Assembly (NCBI GenBank): GCA_032718475.1
Contig: JAUCBJ010004672.1
Span: 1-64,000 of the forward strand
Length of the DNA stretch: 64,000 bases
Direction of reading: 5' to 3'
DNA from: Nemertoderma westbladi
Lineage: Eukaryota; Animalia; Xenacoelomorpha
The position numbers and the translations under genes are program-made. The notes below the pieces were generated by a model. That model was not told the origin of the DNA. It did not search any database and saw nothing but the letters and a program-made list of their open reading frames with translations. Of this stretch, positions 13,336-25,873 are shown one piece after another; position 1 is the first letter of the stretch; every line of letters starts with the position of its first letter.

Positions 13336-16234
13336 CACCGAATGCAGACTGGACAGACTGATGAGGTTCTGATTAAGGACATAAGGCATGGGGGGGGGGG
13401 GTCGCCCTCGCTTCAGCAGATGGTAGTGGCAATGGTGGAATTGGTCTATTGATGAATCCAACTGCACATGCAGCATTGGACAAAATAGACCAAATCTCTA
13501 ACCGCATCATCCGTTGCCACTTCTCATGTTCTGGAAGACTGGCTAAGAAGTTTCCTAAGGTGGTTCTGATTGTGTGCTACTCTCCAACTAGTGTTGCCCC
13601 TGTAGAGGAGGTGGAAAATTTCTACCACAATCTACAAGCAGCTACTGATGGAGTGGATCAGCATGCATTCTTAACATTCCTGGGAGACTTTAATCAAAGT
13701 CTGCATAAATCACCTACATCGCCTTGGGTCTATAGCAATAGTGTTAACCGAAATTCCGTCCATCTTCAGGATTTTATCTCTGGAAATGGATTGTTTTCGG
13801 CTGGAACACAGTTCAAGAAGCGAACTGGAAAGCTATGGACTCATAGTGGACCCAGTGGTCACAAGTCCCAGATAGACCATGTCCTGTTTCGTAGGAAATA
13901 CAGGAACTCTATACAAGAATGTAATGCATTTACACTACGACCCTTCTCCAGTGATCACCGCCTTATTGTGGCCAAGGTAAGACTTAGTGTGCGTGCTAGC
14001 GGAACAACGAAATCTGCCTTGCCGCGGCATGACTGGTCCTCTCTGTTGCAACAGCCAAGTGTGAGATCCAGCTTCACACTACAGCTGAGCAACAGGTATG
14101 AGGTTCTTGCCTCGGAGGCGGCAGATCACTGTGAGGGCTATACTGCCTTCACAGAGGCAGTTAAGTTAGCAGCTGCAGAATCAGTTCCTGTATACCCTCG
14201 AAACAGGAAACGGGCCCCATGGACTGACAACAAAATTCAGAAGTGCCGAAATGACCTCTACAAGGCGCAGAAAGAGTCCCCACTCAAACAGACTACAGCG
14301 GCCAAGAATGCAGTTAAGGCTGCATCTAGGTCCCTGCACAGGCAGTACTCTATTAATTTACAGGAGCTAATAAACCAACAGGTTGATGCCATCAATGATG
14401 CTGACGACAGCAGGCAATCATCCCAGGCATGGAGATCGATCAACTTGCTTGCTGGTCGAAAAGGCCAACCAACCACCAAGGTTAAGGCTGAATCACCAGC
14501 CGATCGCCTCAATGGTTGGAAGACCCACTTTGAAAAGCTCCTCAATAATGACAGGGTATTGCCTGGTAACTTTATAGAAGTAAAAGTGTCTGAGTCTGTA
14601 CTCCCAGATATTCCCATTGGTGATATCTCCTTTGCAGAAGTGAAGGCTGCTGCAAAGAGCATTAAGACCAATCGTGCCAGTGGAGTAGATGGTGTTCCCC
14701 CTGAGGTCTTTAAAATACCTGAGTGTTTAAAGCTCATCTATCCCATTATAGTAGACATGTAACGAACAACAAGAGTCCCACAAGAAATGAAAACAAATAA
14801 GTTGGTGCCAGTTCCCTAGAAGGGCAATGGTTCTTTGGTTCTTTTCGGGGAATCTCATTGATCTCGATTGCTGCAAAGCTATACAATAGGATTCTATTAA
14901 ATCGCATCAGGGATCCCATTGAGAGACTGCTCCGTGGAAATCAGAATGGATTCCGTAAAGGTCGTGGGACCTTGGAACCCATTTTGGCACTTCGAAGGAT
15001 AATTGAAGAATTATCAAAAAAGAAAGACAGGCATCTGGCTGTTATCTTTGTTGACTTCTTCAAGGCCTTTGATTCAGTCTCTCGCTCACGTATGTTCAGC
15101 ATACTTTCATTATATGGGATTCCTGATGAAATTATTGCAGCAATCAGATCAGTATACGATGGTTCGACAACATTTGTGTCTACTGTTGACGGTGACACAG
15201 AACCATTTGAAGTGTTATGGGGCGTCCTCCAAGGAGACACACTTGCACCATTCTTGTTCATTATTGTGGTTGACTATGTTCTACGCAGGTCCTTAGATCA
15301 TCATAATGATGATGGGGTGATGATAACTCCACCTACTGGCTCCAGAAGTCGAGGAAATCCTGCCAAGTACCTAACTGATCTAGACTTTGCTGATGACTTA
15401 GGAGTACTCTCAGAATCATTAGAGGGAGCCCAACGGCTCCTCAGCTCATTAGAACATGCTGCTTCTAGTTTTGGTCTTTTTATTAACTCCAGAAAGACCA
15501 AAATTTTGACAGTTAACTTTGAAAGCCCTCAGCAAGTCTCTGATCGGATGAGCAGCAAGTCTCTGATCGGATGAGCATAAGCTCAAAGGATGGTATGCTT
15601 GAGCATGTGGACGACTTCTGTTACCTGGGATCATGGATCCGGAAGTCAGGTGAGGACCTTCGAATACGTAAGGGAAAGGCATGGGCAGCCTTGAATAGGC
15701 TTTCCAGGATTTGGAAGTCACTGAGAATTAATCGGAAACTTAAGGTCCGATTATTTAGAGCAGCAGTAGTTCCAGTACTCCTGTACGGGAGTCCATGCTG
15801 GGCTCTAACTGCTGAGGACACCAAATCTCTGGATGGCATATTCACAAGAATGCTACGCCGGGTTCATTGTGTCAAGTACAATGCACACATCTCCAACCAG
15901 ACACAATATAACATTGGAGGTTTCTCATTGGTTCCCCCAAGCTTGACACTAGAACAAAATCGCCTCCGCTTTGCAGGACATTGCTTTCGCCGTGAGGACC
16001 AGCCAGTACATAATCTTGTACTTTGGCAGCCTCATGGAGTGAATAAGCATGGTGGACAGCCCATGACTTTCTTGAGACGCATCTTAAAGGACCCTGGCCT
16101 TGAAGATGCGGATGATCTAGCAAATGTCATGGGTGATAGGGAGTTGTGGCGGTGCAATTTTGTTGACAAGCCGGCACAGCATTCTTAAAAATGCTGCTGC
16201 AATGCAGCATGCCGATCCTAGTAGTAGTAGTAGT
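13336..16234 (+). mobile_element. 5'-truncated, disrupted non-LTR retrotransposon (APE + RT, RTE/RTE-X-like) with (TAG)n tail
   Basis: APE motifs (CYSPT, LGDFN, SQIDHVL, SDHRL), RT motifs (QNGFRKGR, FVDFFKAFDSV, GVLQGDTLAPFLF, DFADD, YLGS) and C-terminal RLRFAGHCFR. Broken by a stop at 14760-14762, a stop/frameshift near 14817-14850 and a 23-bp tandem duplication near 15530-15576. Tail TAGTAGTAG at about 16219-16234. Confidence 0.93.
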
Positions 16235-16465
16235 ATCAACATAGGCCTACAACGTGGTCAACCATAACTATCAACATAGGCCTACAAGGTGGTCAACCAC
16301 AACTATCAACATAGACCTACAAGGTGGTCAACCTTAACTATACACATAGGCCTACAAGGTGGTCAACCATAACTATAGACATAGACCTACAAGGTGGTCA
16401 ACCATAACTATCAACATAGGCCTACAAGGTGGTCAACCAGAACTATACACATAGGCCTACAAGGT
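16234..16465. repeat. 35-bp minisatellite, about 6.5 copies, directly after the LINE tail
   Basis: Unit TATCAACATAGGCCTACAAGGTGGTCAACCATAAC. Confidence 0.92.
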
Positions 16466-16691
16466 TCAATCATCTCCTTTACCTTACCTAAAAACATGGT
16501 ATATTATTAATAAATTAATGTAAGTAGCTAGACCACACGATAGCTGTTTAAGAAGTTCAATTGGTTGACCAATAATAATTCGATTACTCTGGACTAGTGA
16601 TAGGCCTAGAAAGGGTCTGATTAACCAATGGTGAGGCCATAGACCAAAGGAACATTTGAGGCCCCTCAAAAAGGCACATTACACAAGGAAC

Positions 16692-17260
16692 ACTAGACAC
16701 TAGAGCTGTTCACTAGTGCTGCTCACTAGAGCTGATCACTAGAGCTACTCACTAGAGCTTCTCACTGGAGCAGCTCACTAGAGCTGCTCACTAGAGCTGC
16801 TCACTAGAGGTGCTCACTAGAGCTTCTCACTAGAGCTGCTCACTAGAGCTGCTCACTAGAGCTGCTCACTAGAGCTGCATACTAGAGCCGCTCACTAGAT
16901 CTGCTCACTAGAGCCGCTCACTAGAGCCGTTCACTAGAGCTGCTCACTAGAGCTGCTCACTAGAGCTGCTCACTAGAGCTGCTCACTAGAGCTGCTCACT
17001 AGAGCCGCTCACTAAAGCTGCTCACTAGAGCCGCTCACTAGAGCCACTCACTAGAGCTGCTCACTAGAACCGCTCACTAGAGCCGCTCACTAGAGATGCT
17101 CACTAGAGATGCTCACTAGAGCTGCTCACTAGACCCGCTCATAAGAGCTGCTCACTAAAGCTGCTTATTAGTGCTGCTCACCAAAGCTGCTCACAAGAGA
17201 TGCTTACTATAGAGCTGCTCACTAGAGCTGCTCACTAGATCCGCTCACTAGAGCTGCTCA
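16692..17260. repeat. 13-bp minisatellite
   Basis: Unit CACTAGAGCTGCT, about 43 copies. Confidence 0.95.
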
Positions 17261-17587
17261 AATATATCGCATATTTTCAACCTTCAATTTTCTTTGAGGA
17301 ATAATGCATAACAGTGCAATTAATTTTACTTTTTTCACAAATGTAAAATCTTATTAATAATATAATTAATAATTATTATAATAATAATAATTAAAGCGAT
17401 TAGGATAGGTAAAACATTTTAAAAATTACAATATAACTCGCCAACAAATTATTGTTATTCTTATTACCATTGTTATTGTAATTAATGATTAATAAAATAT
17501 TGACAATTAAAAAATAATTACGCATAATTAAAATAACAAATATTAGTATATTAAGTGAATTAATTGTTAACTATAATATTTTGTACT

Positions 17588-18170
17588 TTAAAATACTCGG
17601 TTTTTTCCCTTGAGAGCAGATAATTCTTCAATGATATCATTGAAGTCGAGTTTGCAGGTTACGTTTTATTCAACAGCTAATAGTGTTAAATTTGTAGTGT
17701 TTACTTGAGACAGTGGTGAGCGCATGTAGGATTTCAGCCTTCTTAAGTGCACTGAATGTGCGCTCACCCATTGCGACGCAATAAATTGCACCAGGAAAAG
17801 TCGCAGTGCTATCACAATGTAAGGAAACAGCTCTGATACATGAGTTTCTTTAAAGTATTTGAACTTTAAATGAAAAATTTATATTTAAATTAATATAATT
17901 TTAAATTTATGGTGTCATTAGCAACATATCCAGATAATTGCACAAGATAATTATCTTAATGTTTTTTCAGATTTACAGCTCTAATTTTTATTGATTCAGA
18001 CGACTCATTGAACGAAAATAAGACTGCCAACCGTTTATGAACCTCAGAATGAGCTTCTTTTGTGTATTTTAGTTCCGATATAAGTGTGTCTACCATCTTC
18101 AGAAATATAGCCGTTCGAAACCTCTCCCTTACAATTAGGTCAACTTGAGTATCTGTTGGTTCTCCAAGTA
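17588..18170 (-). mobile_element. hAT transposase C-terminal remnant (dimerisation domain)
   Basis: Minus-strand fragments RERFRTAIFLKMVDTLISELK, LFPYIVIALRLFL, GERTFSAL..LKSYMRS and LDFNDIIEEL, with stops and frameshifts. A possible element end (AGGGTCTGATTAACC...GAGGCCC) near 16612 would put the 13-bp minisatellite inside the element. Confidence 0.8.
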
Positions 18171-18228
18171 AACACCCCTTCTGGCAATTGGGCTGAACAG
18201 ACACACCTTTTGGCTATGGGAGAGTGTT

Positions 18229-18310
18229 AGCCAATGAGGTGAGCTTATTGAAGAAACAGCCAATTAGAAGCCCAGAAATACTTCCATAGGCTGAACCGAC
18301 ACCCCAATTG
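18229..18310 (+). promoter_or_regulatory. CCAAT-box cluster, probable hnRNP L promoter
   Basis: CCAAT at 18231, 18260 (both AGCCAAT) and 18304, about 280-360 bp upstream of the start codon. Confidence 0.45.
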
Positions 18311-18587
18311 GAAATATGCGTCCGGTCCGGTACTACATACAGACTTACTACAGCAGTACAGTCCACAGTCCGACAATCTCACAGTACTACAGTACTACGA
18401 TACTACAGTACTAACTACCTGACTACCTACCGGTAATGCTGTAATACTGTACAGCCTGACAGCTGTAAGCCTGTAATCAGGTAATACAGTAATAGTAACC
18501 CGTCTACCAGTCTACCGACTGACCGGTATCTAGTACTGCTGTACTGTCTGACTGTAGTTGGCCTACCCGATTCTCGATTCATGATTG

Positions 18588-18701
18588 ATGATGGATTACG
18601 GCGGACCAATTAGTAAACGTATGAAGGTCGACTATGGATCAACAGGATTGAGTGGTTCTCGCGGTGAAGGTTCTGCTGTTAGTGGTGGTGGTGGATATCC
18701 G
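18588..18701 (+). CDS. HNRNPL: hnRNP L-like, coding exon 1 (N-terminus, NLS-like KRMK)
   Basis: MMDYGGPISKRMKVDYGSTG...GGGGYP resembles the hnRNP L N-terminal PKRLKTD; donor CCG|GTAAGT, phase 0, joins exon 2 in frame. Confidence 0.8.
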
Positions 18702-18769
18702 GTAAGTCAGTAAGCAGCAAGCAGGTAACAGGCTGACAGGGTAAGTCAGTTATATACACTACCGGTACG

Positions 18770-19400
18770 GTATTATTCAATACCAAATATAAAAGTAAAC
18801 AGTCAGACAGTAAAGTAAAAAATAAAAGTAAAACAAATATAATATAATATAAAAGTAAACTCCTAACTCAACTCAGTCAGTCAGTAGACTCAACTTGTAG
18901 AAAATAATAACAACATTTTAGGCCCACTGAATCCAATGTAGGCCTATCTGCCTATATGATATGGCTCTGATACCTGGCTGGATACTATTAAATTACACTG
19001 ACATGCTGACAGCTGATTGGAGTATTGGATTATATCAGTATATACAACAATTAATTTGTATGCAGTATTATTCAATACCTATCTGCCTATATATAAAAGT
19101 AAATTAATACTGTAATAATTCAAATAATTCGTAGAAAATAATAACTAAATTATAGGCCTACTCAATGTATATGATATATATGGCTCTGCAGCTCTGATAC
19201 TATCAAATGTACACTGAGAGGCTTACTTGACTATTGGACTATATAAAACAATTAATTTATATACAGTATTATTCAAAACCTATATATATATATATACAGA
19301 TATAGGCCCCTATATAAAAAAGTAAGTTCATACCTAAAATATCTTGTAGAAATAGTAACAGATTATACTGGATAGGATATTGCTCTGATAATTGAAACTA
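18770..19400. repeat. Old diverged triplication of a 200-290 bp block in intron 1
   Basis: The ordered motifs GTATTATTCAA, AAAAGTAA, GTAGAAA and GCTCTGATA recur three times (starts near 18770, 19065, 19267). Confidence 0.6.
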
Positions 19401-19449
19401 ATATAAAGGAGACAATGTTGTTCTAGAGTTACTACTACTACTATGGTTG

Positions 19450-21660
19450 TTGGCAGACATTACATGCATTCCTCATGGAACCACCGCTTGCATTGACCAC
19501 ATGTATCCAATTGATTGATTCTGCTTTTTCCTCTCTCCAATCATCATCATCTTCGAGTGGGGGCTCAACAAGCATGCAGGTGTAACAGATACTAGAATTA
19601 ATTTTCAATTTCCTTGATGTAGTCTCTAAAGATTTAGAAGCTGTCGAACTCTTTTCTTTGTTTTCTCTTCTTGTCTAGCGATCATTTCCAATCGTAGGCG
19701 CTCAGGTGACTCTTCACTCATCAATACCTCACTTGTTGTTTCTGTACTGTACCCTAGTACATTTACGTTTTGCATTCTCTAAGGCAAATTTTGTTGATGT
19801 AGAAGGTAGGCCTACTGGTCGTAAAGCACTGGTAATTGCATATCGCATCGCATGGTTGAGTATGGTGATAATACATTTATTGATTGGATTTTACTGTGAC
19901 TCTCAGGATCAGCTTGATGGTTGCTTGGATGAACTGAATTAGGCGTTGAAGACATTACTGGTAAGGGAATTGATTGAATTGAAGGAGGTGGGGTGGATTG
20001 AATTGACGTGTTGATTGATTGGGTTACAGAAGTAGGACTTAGGATTATTTCTGTTGGTATCTTTAATGAACAATCATTCAGAGCTGGAGCACGCATATCA
20101 AAATCATCAATATTGAGAAATGGTGACACAGTCCCACAGTCCCAGAAGCTGTCGATTGATAAGATTGGTTAATAGGTACAGTATAATCGTGTTCCATTTC
20201 ATTATCAGTAATGTAATGTTCATGCTATTCAATTCCTGTAACTCGTACTCAAGGAAAAAACTGGGGTCTATAATAGGTTCATCATCATCAACCATGCTGG
20301 AAGTTATAGGTCCTATAAAAGACTCTTCCTCTAGAATATCTGAAGTGGATGGTTCTAGAATTGGTTGATCAACAACCTCAACTGGAGCTCCTGGTTCAGG
20401 AAGAGAAACTCCAGCAGTAACATGTGGGGCCGAGGCAGTGCGATCTAAATTAGGCCCATCACATGATTCAATAGAACCAATGGCATCACCTAGCTTTAAC
20501 TTAGATATTGCTGGGGCATTCCTATCAACACGGTCTGGTATAGTCCACATTTCCGGAACCCACAAATGATGTAATCGGGCTTCTTAATAAAGGCCTCTGA
20601 GAAAAGTTGATCTAAGAGCGTTGGGTGGGAAGATTTCCTTTTTAACTTTGGTCAGGCTACTCTCGCTATAAATCTAGATTTTATACCTAGACTTCTTTGC
20701 GGGACCAAATACAGATACATCCTATGGCTGCAATGCAAATGACGAATTTGGTGGTAAATCAACTAAATGTACACTTTCCTCTCGAGCCCGAATCGCAACT
20801 TCACAAGATATATGTGACCCATTGCCATCATAAAACAATATCATAGGCTTCGGTTTCAATCGAACAAATTCAAGAAATGTGGAAAGGAACCAGGTCTTGA
20901 AACTATGGCCTTCCATCCAATCACTCTCCGTGATGTTATATGTAGTTCCTTTTGGTCCACCCTGCAACCAACTCACAAGCATTCCTCTCCTGATTCCCAC
21001 TTTTCCTTTGTACACCATATATGGCTGCAAATATGTACTGGACACATTATAAGGACGCAAAATAAGACAATAAAGCTCGTTTTTCCTTCAGTGGGAAGGA
21101 GATACTGTGCATCCTGTGTCCATAATGACTATAAACATCTCTTTGCCTTTGGGTCTACACTCAATCCAACTTCATCAAGGTTAAAAAACCTATTGGCTGA
21201 TTGGGGCACTCTTCCAGGGATAATCCAGACACTAAATTTCCAACTAAAATGAAGAATTCGTAGAACAGTTGGATTCAACCCCTCTGGCTATAGTTACATA
21301 TTCAGGTTTGCCCTTGGTCAATTGAGAAGCATGTCTTCTTTCAAAGAGGCGAATCCATGATTGTCCTTGAAGAGGTTTGGTTCCCCTGTTGAATACAAAT
21401 ATGTCTTTATGACGTGGATTAGTTGGTCCTGGTTTAGTGGCCAACCACAATCACCAAGATATATCAGAGCCGATACTACATATTTCTCAATGTTTGGATC
21501 AATTATCGATGGGGCTCCTCTCCCAAAATGTTCCTTGCTTTTGAGCCACGGAAATTGTTACACAACCATTTGGATAATGTGCTTTTCGGTATTTTATATT
21601 TTTTGGGCAACTTCTCGTATTGAACATCGTTCCCCTTTTCTATTTGATGATTTATAGAAT
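19450..21660 (-). mobile_element. Decayed pogo/CENP-B-type DDE transposase with C-terminal PHD-like remnant, in hnRNP L intron 1
   Basis: Minus-strand fragments: SWIRLFERRH (HTH), SDWMEGHSFKTWF, PKPMILFYDGNGSHIS and LPPNSSFALQP (DDE_1-type); CYTC...WI remnant near 19500-19590; many stops. Confidence 0.85.
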
Positions 21661-21929
21661 TTAACCGCATTAATAAGGTCTAGTATTTATCAGTCTGTGC
21701 AGGTGTGTGTCGCACTCCGCTTCTCGGACTCCCTATCACTTTGTCAGTCTGTGGATGGAGTTTTGGTAGACTGGATCTACAAATTATTTAGGCTATTCTA
21801 CAAAGTCAGATATTAGTTCTGTAGTTTGTACCAATGCAATTTAAATTTGTCCGTAATTTGACCAGGGTGTCCTGAATTTGAAGAGTTAACACTAGCAGGC
21901 GCCTAGGCCTACAGGCCTACGACCTATAC

Positions 21930-22439
21930 AGCTATAAACTTTGGTCTCTGAGAAAAGAGCTTTCGAATGAGCCCAAAACGAACGAACTCCGTACGACCAC
22001 TAGAACTGGAGATTATACATTTTGAAGATCTCCGATGACCGATAAGTCTATTCCGTGTAATCCCGCAAAGACCGCAGAATCGCTTATTCAAGTCCCGTCT
22101 TCATTCCGGAGATTTGAAGTTGTCTTATAAACTGATCAGTAGATCCAATAATCACAAAAAAATACTTTCTCAATTAAAATTTTGTGCTCTTTCTCGGAGA
22201 CATCCAATTAGCACCACTGAGCACAGAAATTTGCATAAATTGAATGCAAACCCCAAACTTCATCTCCTTTACCAATATCGCGATATATCGGAGCCAGTAT
22301 CTTCTATCCCAGATATCTCGAAAACTAAGCAAGATATGAGAAAACGGTTTCCATATTTGGATTCAGCATGAAATTCTGCATCAGATAGGATATGTTTCAA
22401 AAATTCGACTTTTTGGTCAGAAAATGCGCTACCCCCCTC
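21930..22439. mobile_element. One arm of a TTAA-targeting DNA transposon (Sola3- or Kolobok-like terminus)
   Basis: Ends ...GCTACCCCCCTC|TTAA (minus strand TTAA|GAGGGGGGTAGC); partner end not found, so left boundary and superfamily are uncertain. Confidence 0.35.
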
Positions 22440-23049
22440 TTAATATCGATGAGTGTTTTAAATAAATAATAATAAAAATATGTAGGGGGCCTAGGCTAGG
22501 CCTATGCATGCAGTAGGCCTATTGCTGTATTGTGTATTGTACGGTGTCTTGTATCTGGTAGTCTGGGTACCTCTGTCAGTATCAGCATGTAGGGTAACGG
22601 TAGCATGTAGGGGTAGCAGGCAGGCCTACCTCTGTTTGTAGTTATTTAATACCTGGCAACTGGTTGCTGCCCTGTCCTGGCACATAAGCAGTAGGCCTAT
22701 AGCCTACAACAAGCACTTGATTTTGTCGAATTTAGTTTCAAGCCGGTTCTAATGATAGGCCTACTAATACAGTAATATTAACGTGCCCAAATTTGATGAG
22801 AATGTCCAGAGCAGCAGAGCGCAGCCCCTTTTTCAATTTCATATTCCAACAATAATCCACGGGCTGACTGGCACACAGAGATTTTAACTTGAAATCGGCA
22901 GAATCCAGCCAGCATCTGGCCTGACTGTACTAAAGACATACAGACATATACCAGCATACTGGCTGCCTAAACGACAGCTTAAATGGAAAAGGCATAACTG
23001 ACACACTGATGCAGGAATGCGAGTTAATATAATTATGTTTAACTTTCAG

Positions 23050-23153
23050 GGTCGCAATGAGACAGATGGAACTTGTGTTCTGATTAATGGAATTCCGTCT
23101 AATCTTATAGAAATTGACGTTAATGAGGCTGTCGATTCTTTTGGCACTATAAT
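23050..23153 (+). CDS. HNRNPL: hnRNP L-like exon 2 (RRM1 first half)
   Basis: TTTCAG| GRNETDGTCVLINGIPSNLIEIDVNEAVDSFGTI |GTAAGT; phase 0 to 2. Confidence 0.85.
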
Positions 23154-23217
23154 GTAAGTTTATACTGCAGTCAGTCAGTCATATACCGGTTCTGAGCTAT
23201 TATTATTAGGTATATTG

Positions 23218-23330
23218 CAGGGTTGCCACTCACCGGAAGCTGGAATAGTCAGGGAATTTCATTTTTTCTTAAAATTTCAGGGAAATGTTGGAATTCTAGT
23301 AAAAATTTAACAAATCAGGGAATGTGTAAA
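23218..23330. mobile_element. Possible MITE terminus
   Basis: Starts CAGGGTTGCCAC with repeated TCAGGGAA subterminal motifs; other end not found. Confidence 0.35.
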
Positions 23331-23500
23331 AAAATCTGCCGTCTGTCCCACTCTCGGTACAGCTGATTGCCAACCCATCCCGGTGAGAGAAGGGTCTCTC
23401 CCACTCTCGGTACAGCTGTCTGTCAAAGATAGGTCATATCTATAGTAGGTCATGTCATTGCATTATATAATAACTGTATAAGGACTGCACTTGATTACAG

Positions 23501-23650
23501 AAATACCCAACTACAGTTGTCAACCGGTCAGTCCATAGTGCAGTATGAGGACCCACATGCTGCTAGCAGCTGCGTACAGGCCTCCAACACAGGGATGCTA
23601 AGGATAGGGGGTGCCGAAGTACAGGCCACTCTCACCAACATGAAGCCGAG
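23501..23650 (+). CDS. HNRNPL: hnRNP L-like exon 3 (RRM1 second half)
   Basis: TTACAG| ...GQSIVQYEDPHAASSCVQASNTGMLRIGGAEVQATL... |GTCAGT; phase 2 to 2. Confidence 0.85.
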
Positions 23651-23709
23651 GTCAGTATAACTCAACCTAACTCTGGTCTAATAACAAACTACTCATCTGC
23701 TAGTACAAC

Positions 23710-24096
23710 AACTTTTTGTTGGGCACAGCTTTTGCAAAGTCGGCAATGACGTCCAGGTGGGATCGAACTAGTGAGTGACCTTTGGGTTTGAATTCTGACG
23801 CTCTAACCATTCAGCTAGCGGCTCAGGTAAAAAGATAGACCCTCGAAATACTATCTGATACCTTGTATGTCCGCAATTTACCTCCTCATGGCCTCCCATC
23901 TGTCAATACCATCATATGCTGCCACTGTGCTCAACCCTGCAGTACTTGGCCGTCTCTAACCACTCGCTACAATGAAAGCGTAGTGTATATTAACAATGAA
24001 CCATCACGACCACTATGACTAATTATACACTCTAACTACTTATCTAGGTAGGACAGTCATTGCCGACTTTGCAAAAGCTCTGCCCAACAAAAAGTT
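23710..24096. mobile_element. MITE-like element with 41-bp terminal inverted repeats enclosing a tRNA-derived head
   Basis: AACTTTTTGTTGGGCACAGCTTTTGCAAAGTCGGCAATGAC (23710-23750) is the reverse complement of 24056-24096 with one mismatch. Minus-strand A box TAGCTGAATGG and B box GTTCGATCC lie at 23752-23826. Confidence 0.8.
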
Positions 24097-24128
24097 ATAA
24101 TAATATGCATTTATGTTCATTCCTTTAG

Positions 24129-24375
24129 CGGCGAGAAACCCAACCACGTGTTACTAATAACGGTAAACAATGCTATGTATCCGATTTCTACGGATGTTGT
24201 ACACAAGATAACGAACCAACACGCCAATGTTTTACGGATCGTTATATTCCGCAAGAATGGGATTCAGGCGCTAGTCGAATTCGAGACAATATCGGCGGGG
24301 CGGTTGGTTAAATCCCAACTCAATGGGGCCGATGTGTACGCAGGGTGCTGCACGCTTAAAATCGAGTACGCTAAG
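24129..24375 (+). CDS. HNRNPL: hnRNP L-like exon 4 (RRM2)
   Basis: NHVLLITVNNAMYPISTDVV...RIVIFRKNGIQALVEF...LNGADVYAGCCTLKIEYAK, diagnostic of hnRNP L RRM2; CTTTAG| ... |GTAAGC. Confidence 0.97.
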
Positions 24376-25199
24376 GTAAGCTGTTACTCTAAGTTATAAT
24401 CAATGTCTACTCCTTACGGTCCAACTCCATTACTGCAAAAATATATAATTAATTAATTAGACTTTTAAAAATTCGTTTAAGTAATTTTTGCTTGAAGGAT
24501 ATTCTGGAGTAACTCGGCTCATACTAAATCACACACAGATAGTTCAGATAGAGGATAGTCTGACGAAAAATAACCCTAAAAAAGGGTAAAGGATACATAT
24601 TGCCTATACCTAATGAAATATTATTATTTTATAAACCAGAACCTAACAATAATTCATAAAATATTTGCAATTTTATAATGTTATTAACTCCCCCTTAACA
24701 ACATAATATCGCATGATATACGTAAAAGGGTAATGATATAATACTTGGATATTCTACCTACACTCTAAATCAATAAGCAGCGCATTTAAATATGTTGTAG
24801 AAATTTCTGATATTCAATAACAAACAATATATATAATATAAAACATTTTATTTTTTCGTTTGTTTGTTCTGTCTCGTTTCTCTTTTATTGTTTGTCAATG
24901 CATTCACCTTATTGTTGTGAGGAATTTCTTTTTAAAATATATATATACCACAAAATGTGAACTGCATTATAAAACAGGAAATTATTATCTCCCCAATTTA
25001 TTTTTATATATTTCGTGTATATATTATATATTATATGGTACTCAACTCATTAAAAATGAACGACCATCATACATTAATCACATTAAGAATATATTCCAGG
25101 TATAAAGAAACACAATTATGCTACACAATATAGAACTCGGTTTAAATACCAGTAATAATATAATATTGTTTATCTGACACTCCCCCCATCCCACCATAG

Positions 25200-25281
25200 A
25201 CAACAACATTGAATGTCCGCAGAAACGATTCTGAAACTTTCGATTATACACAAGATCTGGGCCAAGGACATCTACAACAAC
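25200..25281 (+). CDS. HNRNPL: hnRNP L-like exon 5 (RRM2 C-terminal extension)
   Basis: TTTLNVRRNDSETFDYTQ matches hnRNP L PTRLNVFKNDQDTWDYT; CATAG| ... |GTAAGT; phase 0 to 1. Confidence 0.93.
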
Positions 25282-25305
25282 GTAAGTACCGAACGATATA
25301 CCGGT

Positions 25306-25797
25306 AAACAGAGCTCTGTAACACTCACCATTAGTAACAGAGCTCCGTAACAGACACCATTATTAACAGAGCTCCGTAACATCAGTATCAGTAACAGAGC
25401 TCCGTAACAGTCAGTAACAGAGCTCCGTAACAGTCAGTAACAGAGCTCCGTACCAGTTACCATTAGTAACAGAGCTCCATAACAGTCACCATTAGTAACA
25501 GAGCTCTGTAACAGGCACCATTAGTAACAGAGCTCCGTAACAGTCAGTAACAGAGCTCTGTAACAGTCACCATTAGTAACAGAGCTCCGTAACAGTCAGT
25601 ATCAGTAACAGAGCTCCGTAACAGTCACCATTAGTAACAGAGCTCCGTAACAGTCAGTAACAGAGCTCCGTAACAGACACCATTAGTAACAGAGCTCCGT
25701 AACAGTTACCATTAGTAACAGAGCTCCGTAACAGACACCATTAGTAACAGAGCTCCGTCAGTCAGTATCTGTAAAAGTCTCCATAACAGTCAGTAAA
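25306..25797. repeat. 23/29-bp compound minisatellite just after the exon 5 donor
   Basis: Core AGTAACAGAGCTCCGTAACAGTC with or without ACCATT or AGTATC. Confidence 0.92.
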
Positions 25798-25873
25798 TAA
25801 ACCTCAAACAAACAAGTCTTACCTTCAAACATAACATAACATTTTATTGCAAAATTTCAACACACTAAACTAC

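Noticed and set aside
14258-16123. Antisense ORFs over the LINE
   Set aside because: Shadow frames of the RT coding sequence with no independent motifs.
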